DNA of 37,822 nt from Granulosicoccaceae bacterium (GTDB lineage: Bacteria > Pseudomonadota > Gammaproteobacteria > AKS1), in NCBI GenBank assembly GCA_050117725.1, contig JASFME010000001.1:1-37822 (forward strand), written 5' to 3'. Positions 1 through 9,874 of the stretch are shown here, piece after piece. Under the pieces are notes generated by a model, which was given only the letters and a program-made list of their open reading frames with translations, did no database searches and was not told where the DNA came from. The position numbers were made by a program, and so were the translations under genes. Every line of letters starts with the position of its first letter. Within the stretch, counting starts at the first letter, position 1.

Positions 1-322
1 CCGCAACATCCTCAACCCATGGCAGGGCGCGAACACGTTCACGCACGGCCTTGACATCCGTGGTGAAGAAACCTTTCAACGCAGCAGGCTGTACCGCTCC
101 ACGCAATTCCTGTTCACTGACTTTTATAAACTCACCACGGATCTGCACGCTGCTCAGCGGCAAGGTCTGCGGGTCATACAGGCGCTGCAGGCCCCAGCCA
201 ATCGCCAGCAAGACCACGCCCAGCAGCAGCAGGTTGACACCGGCACGCATCAAGCGATCACGCCGCGCGGCAATATCACGCTGCAGTCGATTGGTCTTCT
301 TTTTACGCTTGAGTATGCCCAT
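1..322 (-). CDS. ftsQ: Cell division protein FtsQ, N-terminal ~107 codons (gene continues past the left window edge)
   Basis: My own minus-strand translation from ATG 322-320 reads MGILKRKKKTNRLQRDIAARRDRLMRAGVNLLLLGVVLLAIGWGLQRLYDPQTLPLSSVQIRGEF... This gives a basic N-terminus, one TM helix, then a POTRA-like start. The ATG overlaps the ddl stop (TAATG), and the position after ddl is canonical. It is absent from the ORF track because it is open at the window edge. Confidence 0.8.
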   Translation of the reverse strand, partial: MGILKRKKKTNRLQRDIAARRDRLMRAGVNLLLLGVVLLAIGWGLQRLYDPQTLPLSSVQIRGEFIKVSEQELRGAVQPAALKGFFTTDVKAVRERVRALPWVEDVA

Positions 323-1245
323 TACGCTGCCATGCTCGTTGCCAGTATCCGTGTCACCAGTTCATCAAAGTCGATGCCCGCTGCTTTTGCCGCCATCGGC
401 ACGAGGCTGTGATCGGTCATGCCAGGCACCGTGTTGACCTCAATCACCCAGGCCTGCCCCTGTGCGTCGGTCATGAAGTCCACGCGTCCCCAACCCGAAG
501 CGCCTACGGCGCGGTAGGCCGCCAGTGCCAGTGCCGCATATTCCTGCTCGGTGTTTTCATCCAGGCCGCACGGGCAGTGGTAGCGGGTCGTGTCCGCGGC
601 GTACTTCGCCTCGAAATCATAAAACCGGTTCGGTGTTTCCAGCCGGATCAACGGCAACACCTCGTCACCGAGTATCGTTGCCGTATACTCGGCGCCCGCG
701 ATCCATTGTTCGGCGATCACCACATCATCGTATTGCGTGGCCTGTTGCCAGGCTGGCACCAGTTGCTCCGCCTGTTCGACCTTGCTCATGCCAATACTCG
801 AGCCCTCGTGTACCGGCTTGATGATCAGCGGCAGGCCGAGCCGCTCGATCGCCGCATCGCAGTCGGCTTCACTGGCCAGCACCTGCCACTTCGGTGTCGC
901 CAGTCCCGCGCCACTCCACAACTGTTTGCAACGCAGCTTGTCCATGCCCAGCGCCGAGCCGAGCACGCCGCTGCCGGTATAGGGCAGGCCGGCGATCTCC
1001 AGTGCGCCTTGCATGGTGCCGTCTTCACCACCACGGCCATGCAGCATGATAAACACGCGATCGAAACCGCCCTCGTATAGAGCCTGCATACCGTCATCGC
1101 GCGGGTCTATCCTGTGCACATCGACACCCTGGCGTTGCAGGGCCTCGAACACGGCCTGCCCCGAGCGCAGCGAGATCTCGCGCTCGGCGGAACTGCCACC
1201 GAGCAACAGGGCGACCTTGCCGAATTGGGCTGCCGTTATGCTCAT
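322..1245 (-). CDS. ddl: D-alanine--D-alanine ligase
   Basis: 307-aa ORF with ATP-grasp Ddl hallmarks (KVALLLGGSSAEREISLRSG, HGRGGEDGTMQG, EGSSIGMSKV, NTVPGMTDHSLVPMAAKAAG). ATGA overlap with the murB stop. Confidence 0.95.
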   Translation of the reverse strand: MSITAAQFGKVALLLGGSSAEREISLRSGQAVFEALQRQGVDVHRIDPRDDGMQALYEGGFDRVFIMLHGRGGEDGTMQGALEIAGLPYTGSGVLGSALGMDKLRCKQLWSGAGLATPKWQVLASEADCDAAIERLGLPLIIKPVHEGSSIGMSKVEQAEQLVPAWQQATQYDDVVIAEQWIAGAEYTATILGDEVLPLIRLETPNRFYDFEAKYAADTTRYHCPCGLDENTEQEYAALALAAYRAVGASGWGRVDFMTDAQGQAWVIEVNTVPGMTDHSLVPMAAKAAGIDFDELVTRILATSMAA

Positions 1246-2153
1246 GCTTCAGCCTCCAGCGGCTCACCGATGATATGAACCTCGCGCAGCAGCTCGATGC
1301 CGTGTTGTTCCTGTACAGTCGCGGCGACATGTGCGATCAGCGCCTCGATCTCAGCGGCTGTTGCATCGCCATTGTTAATAATGAAATTCGCGTGCTTGTC
1401 CGAGACACAGGCGCCGCCGATGCAAAAACCTTTCAGGCCACTGGCCTCGATCAAACGCGCGGCGTGATTACCCGCCGGGTTGCGGAACACCGAACCACAA
1501 CTCGGTTGCGAGGTCGGTTGCGTCTCACCGCGTTTCGCCAGTAGCTGCCTGATGCGCTGATGTGCGGCTTCGCCGTCACCCGGTGTGAGTTTCAACACGG
1601 CACTGACAAACCATTCATCCACCGGCCCCTGTACACTGCGGTAACCGATCCGGTAATCCTGTGCGCTACGCACATGCTGCTCACCGACGCGATCTATCGT
1701 GACGACACTTTCCACGATCGGCCATGTCTCACCGCCAAACGCACCGGCATTCATGGCCAGCGCGCCACCCATCGTCCCGGGTATACCGGCCAGGAACTCG
1801 GCGCCTTCGAGATCATGGCGTGTGGCGAAACGGGCCGCCTTCGCACAACTCACCCCGGCCTCGACCCGGATACGCATATCATCAATTTGTTCTATATTGT
1901 TCAGCATGCCACTCAGGGCAATCACGCTGCCGCGGATCCCGCCATCACGCACGAGCAGGTTGCTGCCCAGGCCAATCCAGGTCAGCGGCTCGTCGGCAGG
2001 CAGTTGCGACAGGTACACGCCCAGGTCATCGATGTCCGCCGGCCGGTAATACCGGTCCGCCGGGCCACCGACGCGCCAGCTCGTGTGTCGCGCCATCGGT
2101 TCATCGATGAGCAACTCGCCGCGCAGCGTTTGTTGTACAGGTGCCGTCATCAT
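1242..2153 (-). CDS. murB: UDP-N-acetylenolpyruvoylglucosamine reductase
   Basis: 303-aa ORF with an FAD-binding N-terminal region (HTSWRVGGPAD) and the MurB motif SCGSVFRNP. Sits between murC and ddl. Confidence 0.93.
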   Translation of the reverse strand: MMTAPVQQTLRGELLIDEPMARHTSWRVGGPADRYYRPADIDDLGVYLSQLPADEPLTWIGLGSNLLVRDGGIRGSVIALSGMLNNIEQIDDMRIRVEAGVSCAKAARFATRHDLEGAEFLAGIPGTMGGALAMNAGAFGGETWPIVESVVTIDRVGEQHVRSAQDYRIGYRSVQGPVDEWFVSAVLKLTPGDGEAAHQRIRQLLAKRGETQPTSQPSCGSVFRNPAGNHAARLIEASGLKGFCIGGACVSDKHANFIINNGDATAAEIEALIAHVAATVQEQHGIELLREVHIIGEPLEAEA

Positions 2154-2310
2154 TTGTGCTTGGTCGTTACTCGCCTGTGTGATTTATCAGTTGTCGTCTT
2201 TGCTGGTGTCGCAGCAGTTTTATCCTGTTTATGTAAATGTTCAGGTACGGGTAAGACTCTTCCGAGCGGCTCACCGCATCCCAGATGCAAACAACGTCTT
2301 GGATAATGTG

Positions 2311-3765
2311 TCATGGTGCCTCTCCCGCCAGTTTTTCCAGTTGTGCCGGCAAGGCCGCTGCTGCTGCACCGACATCACCCGCGCCCAGGGTTAACAACAC
2401 ATCCCCTTCTTGTAATACACCTGCCAGTACCTGTGGCAGCTCTTTAATATCTTCAACGAATACCGGATCGACCTGGCCACGCATGCGAATCGCGCGGCTC
2501 AGGGCGCGGCCATCCGCACCGCTGATGGGTTGCTCGCTCGCCGCATACACCTCCATGAGGACGAGCACATCGACTTCGGACAATACCCGGGTGAAGTCCT
2601 CGAACAGGTCGCGCGTGCGGCTGTAGCGGTGCGGCTGGAAGGCGAGTACGAGCCGGTGCCCCGGCCAACCGGCACGAATCGCGGCAAGGGTCGCCTCAAT
2701 TTCGCTCGGGTGATGGCCGTAGTCATCGATCATGAACACCTTGCCGGCCGGGGTTTGCACTTCACCATAGATCTGGAAACGTCGACCGATACCGGCAAAG
2801 TTTTCCAGGCCGCGACGCATCGCCTCATCTGCGACACCGAGTTCACGGGCCACCGCGATCGCCGCCAGTGCGTTGAGCGCGTTATGTTGTCCCGGCAGGT
2901 TCAGGGTCACATCAAGCGGCGCATGACCATCCTGCATCACGGTAAACAGCATGCGCGCCCCCTCCTGGCGCAGGTTATCGGCACGCACGTCGGCATCCGT
3001 GGCAACACCATAACTGAGTACCGGCCGCGTGATGTGCTCCAGCAACTGTCGCGTTTCCGCATTATCAATACACATCACTGCCAGCCCGTAGAACGGCAGG
3101 TGATGCAGGAACTCGATGAACGCCTCGCGCAGGCGGCCAAAGTCCCCTTCGTAGGTTTGCATGTGATCGGCGTCGATGTTGGTGACTACGGCGATCATCG
3201 GCTGCAGGTACAGGAAGGAGGCGTCACTCTCATCGGCCTCGGCGACGAGGTATTCACTCTCGCCGAGGCGCGCATGGGTACCGGCGCTGTTCAGCTTGCC
3301 ACCGATGACAAAGGTCGGATCGAGATCCCCTTCGGCAAGCAGGCTCGCCACCAGCGAGGTGGTCGTGGTCTTGCCATGTGTGCCGGCAACCGCGATGCCG
3401 TAACGGAAGCGCATCAGCTCGGCAAGCATTTCGGCACGGGGTACCACCGGGATACGTGCGGCATGTGCCGCCTGTACTTCCGGGTTGTCTGCGCCGACGG
3501 CACTGGAGATCACGACCACATCACAACCTTTGATGTTCGCGGCAGCATGACCGGTCGTGATACTCGCGCCGAGTCCCTGCAAACGTTTGACCACGGGGTT
3601 CACATTCAGATCCGAACCGGACACGGCAAAGCCCAGGTTCAACATGACCTCGGCGATACCACCCATACCGGCACCACCGATGCCGACAAAATGGATATGC
3701 CGCATGCTTTGCAGGCGACTGTTCGCATGCGGGCGGCTTTCGTTGATGTCGGGTGTCTTGCTCAT
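2311..3765 (-). CDS. murC: UDP-N-acetylmuramate--L-alanine ligase
   Basis: Mur ligase with [14 protein letters not shown]-terminal fold and P-loop [13 protein letters not shown] chose the ATG at 3765 (MSKTPD...), which forms an ATGA overlap with the murG stop. The ORF-track start at 3792 is 9 codons further upstream and remains possible. Confidence 0.93.
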   Translation of the reverse strand: MSKTPDINESRPHANSRLQSMRHIHFVGIGGAGMGGIAEVMLNLGFAVSGSDLNVNPVVKRLQGLGASITTGHAAANIKGCDVVVISSAVGADNPEVQAAHAARIPVVPRAEMLAELMRFRYGIAVAGTHGKTTTTSLVASLLAEGDLDPTFVIGGKLNSAGTHARLGESEYLVAEADESDASFLYLQPMIAVVTNIDADHMQTYEGDFGRLREAFIEFLHHLPFYGLAVMCIDNAETRQLLEHITRPVLSYGVATDADVRADNLRQEGARMLFTVMQDGHAPLDVTLNLPGQHNALNALAAIAVARELGVADEAMRRGLENFAGIGRRFQIYGEVQTPAGKVFMIDDYGHHPSEIEATLAAIRAGWPGHRLVLAFQPHRYSRTRDLFEDFTRVLSEVDVLVLMEVYAASEQPISGADGRALSRAIRMRGQVDPVFVEDIKELPQVLAGVLQEGDVLLTLGAGDVGAAAAALPAQLEKLAGEAP

Positions 3766-4847
3766 AACTGTCCCTGCATGGCGAGCATGCAACGTTGTGC
3801 AACGATCTCCGTTGCATTGATTTTTGCCCGGGCACGCGCGGCCTCGGCCATGGGCAACAGGCGATCACGTTTTTCACTCATGTCTTTGAGCATACTGGCC
3901 AGGAGGTCGGCATCGAGGTCGCGTTGCTGCACGATCAGCGCGGCACCGGCCTTTTCCAGGTACGCCGCGTTCGCGGTCTGGTGGTCATCCACGGCATACG
4001 GGTACGGGACGAGGATGCTGCCCACGCCGGCTGCCGCGAGTTCGGCGACCGTCAGGGCCCCGGCGCGACAGATCACAAGATCGGCCCAGGCGTAGGCGGC
4101 CGCCATATCGTCGATAAACGGTTCGAGGCGTGCCTCGACACCCGCCTCGGTATAGGCCTGCCGGGTCACATCGAGGTGGCGGCGACCGCACTGGTGCCAG
4201 ATATGCGGCCGCGCCACACTGTCCAGTTGCGCCACTGCCGCGGGTAACAGCCTGTTCAGGGCCAGCGCGCCGAGACTGCCGCCAATCACCAGCACATGTA
4301 TCGCACCACTGCGATTGGCGAAACGCTCGGCCGGCGCCGGCAATGCCGCAATATCGGCACGCACCGGGTTGCCCGTGACCTCGGCCTTGCGGCGTGCCGG
4401 GAAGGTATTCGGGAAGGCCTGCATGAGATGCCGCGCGAGACGGCTGAGCAGCTTGTTGGTCAGGCCGGCAATGGCATTTTGTTCATGCACGAGCATGGGG
4501 ATGCCCATGAGCCAGCTCGCCAGTCCCCCCGGTCCGGTGACAAACCCGCCCATACCGAGCACCGCGCCCGGTTTGATACGCCGCAACACACTGATTGCCT
4601 GGCTCAACGCGTACAGCAGCCGGAACGGCGCAAGCAACCAGCCGAGCACACCCTTGCCACGCAGGCCGGCAACATTGATGTACTCGATCGCAAATTCGTT
4701 ATCGGGTACGACGCGCGCCTCGAGGCCGCGCCGCGTGCCGAGCCATGTCACCTCGACGCCCTGCTCGCGCAGCCGATGCGCCACCGCCAGTGCCGGGAAT
4801 ACATGCCCGCCGGTGCCACCTGCCATGATCAGCATGCGCATGTTCAT
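3762..4847 (-). CDS. murG: Undecaprenyldiphospho-muramoylpentapeptide beta-N-acetylglucosaminyltransferase
   Basis: The N-terminal G-loop [16 protein letters not shown] begins just after ATG 4847, which makes an ATGA overlap with the ftsW stop (alternative ATGs at 4841 and 4835). The track ORF reaches 5273, but that extension overlaps ftsW and has no MurG-like sequence. Confidence 0.93.
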   Translation of the reverse strand: MNMRMLIMAGGTGGHVFPALAVAHRLREQGVEVTWLGTRRGLEARVVPDNEFAIEYINVAGLRGKGVLGWLLAPFRLLYALSQAISVLRRIKPGAVLGMGGFVTGPGGLASWLMGIPMLVHEQNAIAGLTNKLLSRLARHLMQAFPNTFPARRKAEVTGNPVRADIAALPAPAERFANRSGAIHVLVIGGSLGALALNRLLPAAVAQLDSVARPHIWHQCGRRHLDVTRQAYTEAGVEARLEPFIDDMAAAYAWADLVICRAGALTVAELAAAGVGSILVPYPYAVDDHQTANAAYLEKAGAALIVQQRDLDADLLASMLKDMSEKRDRLLPMAEAARARAKINATEIVAQRCMLAMQGQL

Positions 4848-6073
4848 CGGCCACCTCCATGCGGCAGGCTGGTTGACTCGCGTTGCGCGAGTCGTATTTC
4901 GATATCGACCCGCAATAACAGGGCAATCGCCACGCACATAACAAGCATGCTGCTGCCGCCATAACTCATCAGCGGCAGGGTCAGACCCTTGGTCGGTAAC
5001 AGCCCCATGTTTACACCGAGATTGATAAAGGCCTGCAAGGCAATCCACAGCGCGATGCCATGGGCAAGAAAGGCCGCGAAGTGCTGGCCGTAATACTGCG
5101 CGCGTGTGGCAATCGCAAACGCGCGCCAGATCACGACCATGAACAGTACGACCACGCCGATGCCACCAACCAGTCCCAGTTCTTCGGCCAGAACCGCGAA
5201 CACAAAGTCGGTATGCGCCTCGGGCAGGTAAAACAGTTTCTGGATACTGCCGCCAAGGCCAACACCAAACCATTCACCTCGACCAAAAGCGATCAATGAC
5301 TGGGTTAACTGGAAACCGCTGTTAAACGGATCTGCCCACGGGTTAAGGAAAGCGGTGACACGTTCCAGCCGGTAAGGCGAGGTCACAACGAGCAGCAGGC
5401 CGCCGGCAGCCACCAGCGCAATCAGGATCAGGAACTGCCACAACCGCACACCACCGAGGAACATCATGCCGAGTGCAGTAGCGAAGATCACTACCGAGGC
5501 ACCGAGGTCCGGCTCCATTAACAGTAACAATGCCACGATGATCAACAACATCATCGGCTTGAGAAAACCGAGCACATGTGAACGCACCTCATCACCACGT
5601 CGCACCAGGTAACCGGCGAGATAGATGATCACGGACAGTTTCATGAGTTCGGATGGCTGCAGGTTGAACAGGCCAATACGTAACCAACGGGTCGCACCGT
5701 TGACTTCGCGGCCGATACCCGGCAACAGGATGAAAGCCAGTAACATCATGCCGGCAATGAACAGTACCGGACCACTGCGTTCCCACCAGGTCAGCGGCAT
5801 GCGCACGACGAGCATGGCCAGCGCCACGCCCATTGCCACGAACACACCCTGGCGGACCAGGTAATAAAAACTGTTGCCGAGTTCGCGTTCGGCGATTGCC
5901 ATCGACGCCGAGCCGACCATGACGATACCCAGCGCCAGCAGGGTTAGCACCGCAACAAGCAGCACACCATCGACCGGCGCGGGCACGAATTCCTCCGCCA
6001 CGCCGCGCCGGGTCGCGGTACGCCGGCGCGACTGTGGCACGCCGTTGCGCAGATCCAGACCGACCGCGCTCAT
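4844..6073 (-). CDS. ftsW: Peptidoglycan glycosyltransferase FtsW (SEDS family)
   Basis: 409-aa polytopic membrane protein with SEDS-type motifs (LQPSELMK, PEAHTDFVFAV, LPLMSYGGSS). ATGA overlap with the murD stop; dcw position. Confidence 0.93.
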   Translation of the reverse strand: MSAVGLDLRNGVPQSRRRTATRRGVAEEFVPAPVDGVLLVAVLTLLALGIVMVGSASMAIAERELGNSFYYLVRQGVFVAMGVALAMLVVRMPLTWWERSGPVLFIAGMMLLAFILLPGIGREVNGATRWLRIGLFNLQPSELMKLSVIIYLAGYLVRRGDEVRSHVLGFLKPMMLLIIVALLLLMEPDLGASVVIFATALGMMFLGGVRLWQFLILIALVAAGGLLLVVTSPYRLERVTAFLNPWADPFNSGFQLTQSLIAFGRGEWFGVGLGGSIQKLFYLPEAHTDFVFAVLAEELGLVGGIGVVVLFMVVIWRAFAIATRAQYYGQHFAAFLAHGIALWIALQAFINLGVNMGLLPTKGLTLPLMSYGGSSMLVMCVAIALLLRVDIEIRLAQRESTSLPHGGGR

Positions 6074-7407
6074 GACACCACCTCGCGCACCGCTGCACGG
6101 AACACATCACCGCGCTGCATGAAGTTGTCAAACATATCGAAACTGGCGCAGGCCGGTGACAACAGCACACTGTCACCCGGGCGGGCCAGTTCACCTGCCT
6201 TGACGACCGCGTCATGCATATCAGTGGCATGCACGAGCTGTGCAGCATCATCGATAGCAGCGGCAATCTGTGGCGCATCACGGCCAATCAGCACGACACT
6301 GTGCACCTTGTTGCGTACGGCCTCGCGCAAGGCGGAAAAATCTGCATGCTTGCCTTCGCCACCGGCGATCAGCACGAGCGGCCCGGGCATACCCTGGATG
6401 GCCGCGACGGTCGCGCCAACGTTGGTGGCCTTCGAGTCGTTATACCAGTTGACCCCGTTTGCCTCGGCCAGCCATTCACTGCGATGTGCAAGCCCGCTGA
6501 AGCCGCGCACTGCGCGTATCATCGCCTCGCGCGGCAGGCCAACCGCCTGCCCCAGCGCCAGCGCGGCCAGCACATTGGCCTGGTTATGCCGGCCCGGCAG
6601 TTTCAGCTCACTCGTTGTCAGCCAGCGCTGCTCGCCGTAACACAACCAGGTTTCACCCTCGTGCACGGTCAAGCCGAAATCACCTTCGGCCGGCCTGTCC
6701 AGGCCAAAACTGATGCAGCGGCGGGTACTGTCGCGCATCGCGGCAACGATCGCATCATCACGATTGATGATCATGACACCGTCACCGCTATAGACACGTT
6801 GCTTGGTGGCCGCGTAGTCCTCGACACTGGTATAGCGATCCAGGTGGTCGGGGCTCACATTCAACACCACGGCGGCCACGGCATTGAGTGAAAAGGTGCT
6901 TTCCAACTGGAAGCTGGACAGTTCCAGCACATACAGTTCGCTGTCGGCACTGACCAGGTCCAGTGCCGGCGTACCCAGGTTGCCACCGACACTGACCTGC
7001 CGGCCGGCGTGCCGCGCCATCTCGCCGACCAGTGTCGTCACCGTGCTCTTGCCGTTGGTACCGGTGATCGCAATCACCGGCGCCCGGGCGTCACGGGCAA
7101 ACAGTTCGATATCACCGATCACCGGCACATGGTTGGCCAGCGCCTGCTGCACATGCGGTTCCGTTCTTGCCACACCCGGACTCAGGACAACCTGTTCGGC
7201 GCGGGCGAAGTCCTCATCCCGGTAGCCACCGGCATGGATACACAGTTCCGGCAGTTCGGCGCGCAGCGCATCAAGCCCCGGTGGATTGCTACGGCTGTCG
7301 GTGACACACAGGGCCACACCTTTATTATGCAAATAGCGCGCACAGGACTCGCCGGTCTTGCCCAGACCGACGATGAGTGTGCTGAATGCCTGTTGTGCGC
7401 TTGTCAT
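6070..7407 (-). CDS. murD: UDP-N-acetylmuramoylalanine--D-glutamate ligase
   Basis: 445 aa with N-terminal Rossmann-like GLGKTGES and Mur ligase P-loop ITGTNGKSTV. dcw position. Confidence 0.94.
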   Translation of the reverse strand: MTSAQQAFSTLIVGLGKTGESCARYLHNKGVALCVTDSRSNPPGLDALRAELPELCIHAGGYRDEDFARAEQVVLSPGVARTEPHVQQALANHVPVIGDIELFARDARAPVIAITGTNGKSTVTTLVGEMARHAGRQVSVGGNLGTPALDLVSADSELYVLELSSFQLESTFSLNAVAAVVLNVSPDHLDRYTSVEDYAATKQRVYSGDGVMIINRDDAIVAAMRDSTRRCISFGLDRPAEGDFGLTVHEGETWLCYGEQRWLTTSELKLPGRHNQANVLAALALGQAVGLPREAMIRAVRGFSGLAHRSEWLAEANGVNWYNDSKATNVGATVAAIQGMPGPLVLIAGGEGKHADFSALREAVRNKVHSVVLIGRDAPQIAAAIDDAAQLVHATDMHDAVVKAGELARPGDSVLLSPACASFDMFDNFMQRGDVFRAAVREVVS

Positions 7408-7424
7408 TCGTTGTTATCTCTCGC

Positions 7425-8507
7425 TTAGCGTATCTTCAGTGAGGCCAGGCCAATCAATACCAGGATCACCGTGACGATCCAGAAGCGCACGATCACGCGC
7501 GGCTCCGGCCAACCCTTTAATTCAAAGTGATGATGCAGCGGTGCCATGCGGAACAAGCGTTTGCCGGTCAGTTTGTACGAGACCACCTGCAATACCACCG
7601 ACACGGTTTCGATAACGAACACGCCCCCCATAATCACGAGCACGAGTTCCTGGCGGACCACCACGGCCAACACGCCGAGCGCGGCACCGAGCGCCAGTGC
7701 GCCGACATCGCCCATGAAGACCTGTGCCGGGTAGGCATTGAACCAGAGAAAACCAAGACCGGCGCCCAACAGGGCACCGCAGAAAATCACGACCTCGCCT
7801 GCGCCCGGCACATAGGGCACGAGCAGATAACCGGCGAGATTTATGTTGCCCGCGACATAGGAAAAGATGCCCAGCGCACTGCCCACCAGCACGGTCGGCA
7901 TGATCGCCAGGCCATCCAGGCCATCGGTCAGGTTGACGGCGTTACTCGAGCCGACGATGACAAAATAGACAAACGGGACAAACAGCCAACCGAGGTCAAA
8001 CTGCAGGGCTTTGACAAATGGCACGATCAGGGTCGTTTCAACCGAACCGGGCGCGGTACTGAACAGGTACCAGGCCACGCCAAGACCGACCACGGACTGC
8101 CAGAAGTACTTGTACTTGGCGCGCAGTCCCTTCGGATCCTTGCGTACCAGCTTGATGTAATCATCCACGAAACCGATCACGCCGAACATGATGGTGGTCG
8201 CCAGCACGACCCAGATGTACCGGTTGCTCAGATCTGCCCACAACAGCGTGCTCACCGCGATCGCCACGATGATCAGGGCACCCCCCATGGTCGGCGTGCC
8301 GGCCTTGCTCAGGTGGCTTTGCGGTCCATCGTCGCGAATCGTCTGGCCAATCTGTTTCAGGCTCAGGCGGCGAATCATTGATGGTCCGATCACAAACGAA
8401 ATCGTCAGCGCTGTCAGCACGCCCAGGATCGCGCGCAGGGTCAGGTACTGGAAGACATTGAAACCACTGTAGAACTCGGACAGGTATTGTGAAAGATGGT
8501 AAAGCAT
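7425..8507 (-). CDS. mraY: Phospho-N-acetylmuramoyl-pentapeptide transferase
   Basis: 360-aa polytopic membrane protein with [13 protein letters not shown] and [12 protein letters not shown] motifs. The ATG overlaps the murF stop (TAATG). Confidence 0.96.
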   Translation of the reverse strand: MLYHLSQYLSEFYSGFNVFQYLTLRAILGVLTALTISFVIGPSMIRRLSLKQIGQTIRDDGPQSHLSKAGTPTMGGALIIVAIAVSTLLWADLSNRYIWVVLATTIMFGVIGFVDDYIKLVRKDPKGLRAKYKYFWQSVVGLGVAWYLFSTAPGSVETTLIVPFVKALQFDLGWLFVPFVYFVIVGSSNAVNLTDGLDGLAIMPTVLVGSALGIFSYVAGNINLAGYLLVPYVPGAGEVVIFCGALLGAGLGFLWFNAYPAQVFMGDVGALALGAALGVLAVVVRQELVLVIMGGVFVIETVSVVLQVVSYKLTGKRLFRMAPLHHHFELKGWPEPRVIVRFWIVTVILVLIGLASLKIR

Positions 8508-9874
8508 TATCCCTTCACCCCCTGCGTTGCCAGCAGCGCCTTCACAACATCTTCCATATGCATGGCGCGCGATCCCTTGACGAGCACAACCGTGCGCCCA
8601 TCAAGCGTATTCCGTAATACTTCATTTAATTTATCGGCGCTCGTGAAATGCAGCCCGTTCTGGCCAAAGGCCTGCGTCGCGGCGCGACTGTATTCACCCA
8701 GCGTATACAGGTGGTCGATACCGCAGGCGCGTGCCTGCTGACCGGCCTCGGCATGCAGGGCTTCTGCCTGGGCGCCCAGTTCTGCCATATCGCCGAGCAC
8801 AAGAATGCGCGTACCCGGTAACGAGGCCAGCACATCCATCGCGGCACGCAGTGATGCCGGGTTGGCGTTATAGGTATCATCAATGATGGTTGCACCGTGC
8901 AGGCCAATCACCTGTTGCAGGCGGCCACCGACGGTGTGCATTGCGGCCAGCCCGGCACTGATTTTGTCAGGTTCGATATCAAGTGCCGTGGCCACGGCGG
9001 CCGCCGCCAGGGCATTCATGACATTATGCCGTCCCGGCAATGCCAGCATGACCTCGGCCTCGCCAAGCGGGGTCTGTAGCATAAAACGTGTACCGGCCTG
9101 AGACTGTTCATCAAGCAACCGGGCGGTCACCCTGGCCTGCGGTGAGAAACCAAAATCGATCTGCCGGCAATGCCGGCTGATGGTGCGCCAGTATTCGGCA
9201 AAATCATCGTCGGCATTGATGATGGCCCAGCCCTCCTCATCCAGTGCCTCGAACAGCTCACCCTTGGCACGGGCCACACCCTCGAGATCACCGAAACCTT
9301 CGAGATGTGCCGGCATCGCATTGTTCACGACCGCAACATCCGGCCGGGTAATCTCGGCCAGCCAGGCAATCTCCCCGGCATGATTCGCGCCCATTTCGAT
9401 CACGGCGTGCGTATGTTGCTGCTCGAGACGGAACAGGGTCTGTGGCACCCCGATGTCATTATTCAGGTTGCCCTTTGTCACGAGTGGTTCGCCCTGCCGG
9501 CGCAGGATCGCGGCGATCATTTCCTTGACCGTGGTCTTGCCGTTACTGCCGGTGACCGCAATAAAGGGGATGTTGAAGCGTTGCCGCCAGGCCAGGGCCA
9601 GCCGGCCCAGTGCCTCGCGCGTATCCTCGACCAGCAACAGCGGTAAACTGCTGACGCTGCGCTTTGCTACCACGGCGGCGACGGCGCCACCGGCCGCGGC
9701 GGCATCAAGAAATGCATGGGCATCGAAATGTTCACCCTGCAGCGCGATGAACAACTCGCCACCCTGCATGCTGCGACTGTCGGTGCTGACGCCGTGGAAC
9801 CGTAATGGCGCACCCACATACTGCGCGCCGATGGCCTGCGCGGCATCGCGTAATGTCATGCTGCAGGCATTCAT
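8507..9874 (-). CDS. murF: UDP-N-acetylmuramoyl-tripeptide--D-alanyl-D-alanine ligase
   Basis: Mur ligase P-loop [14 protein letters not shown] chose ATG 9874 (MNACSMTL...), which makes an ATGA overlap with the murE stop. The track start at 9895 is 7 codons upstream. Confidence 0.93.
   Translation of the reverse strand: MNACSMTLRDAAQAIGAQYVGAPLRFHGVSTDSRSMQGGELFIALQGEHFDAHAFLDAAAAGGAVAAVVAKRSVSSLPLLLVEDTREALGRLALAWRQRFNIPFIAVTGSNGKTTVKEMIAAILRRQGEPLVTKGNLNNDIGVPQTLFRLEQQHTHAVIEMGANHAGEIAWLAEITRPDVAVVNNAMPAHLEGFGDLEGVARAKGELFEALDEEGWAIINADDDFAEYWRTISRHCRQIDFGFSPQARVTARLLDEQSQAGTRFMLQTPLGEAEVMLALPGRHNVMNALAAAAVATALDIEPDKISAGLAAMHTVGGRLQQVIGLHGATIIDDTYNANPASLRAAMDVLASLPGTRILVLGDMAELGAQAEALHAEAGQQARACGIDHLYTLGEYSRAATQAFGQNGLHFTSADKLNEVLRNTLDGRTVVLVKGSRAMHMEDVVKALLATQGVKG

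Noticed and set aside
2530-4095. 521-aa plus-strand ORF, the longest ORF in the track, lying antisense to murC and murG.
   Set aside because: It lies entirely opposite two genes with unmistakable Mur-family motifs. Its product is Arg/His/Gly/Thr-rich low-complexity sequence with no recognisable domain. Long stop-free antisense frames are expected at ~60% G+C. A GC3/frame-periodicity plot would confirm that the minus frame is the coding one.
4848-5273. 5' extensions of track ORFs beyond the chosen starts: murG to 5273, petC to 29122, rsmH to 14567, sspA to 28022, ybgI to 31616 and the SulP gene to 24872.
   Set aside because: The extensions overlap the upstream gene in another frame and lack similarity to the respective families. 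Internal ATGs give canonical N-termini (G-loop, signal peptide and so on), often with ATGA/TAATG coupling or a proper RBS.
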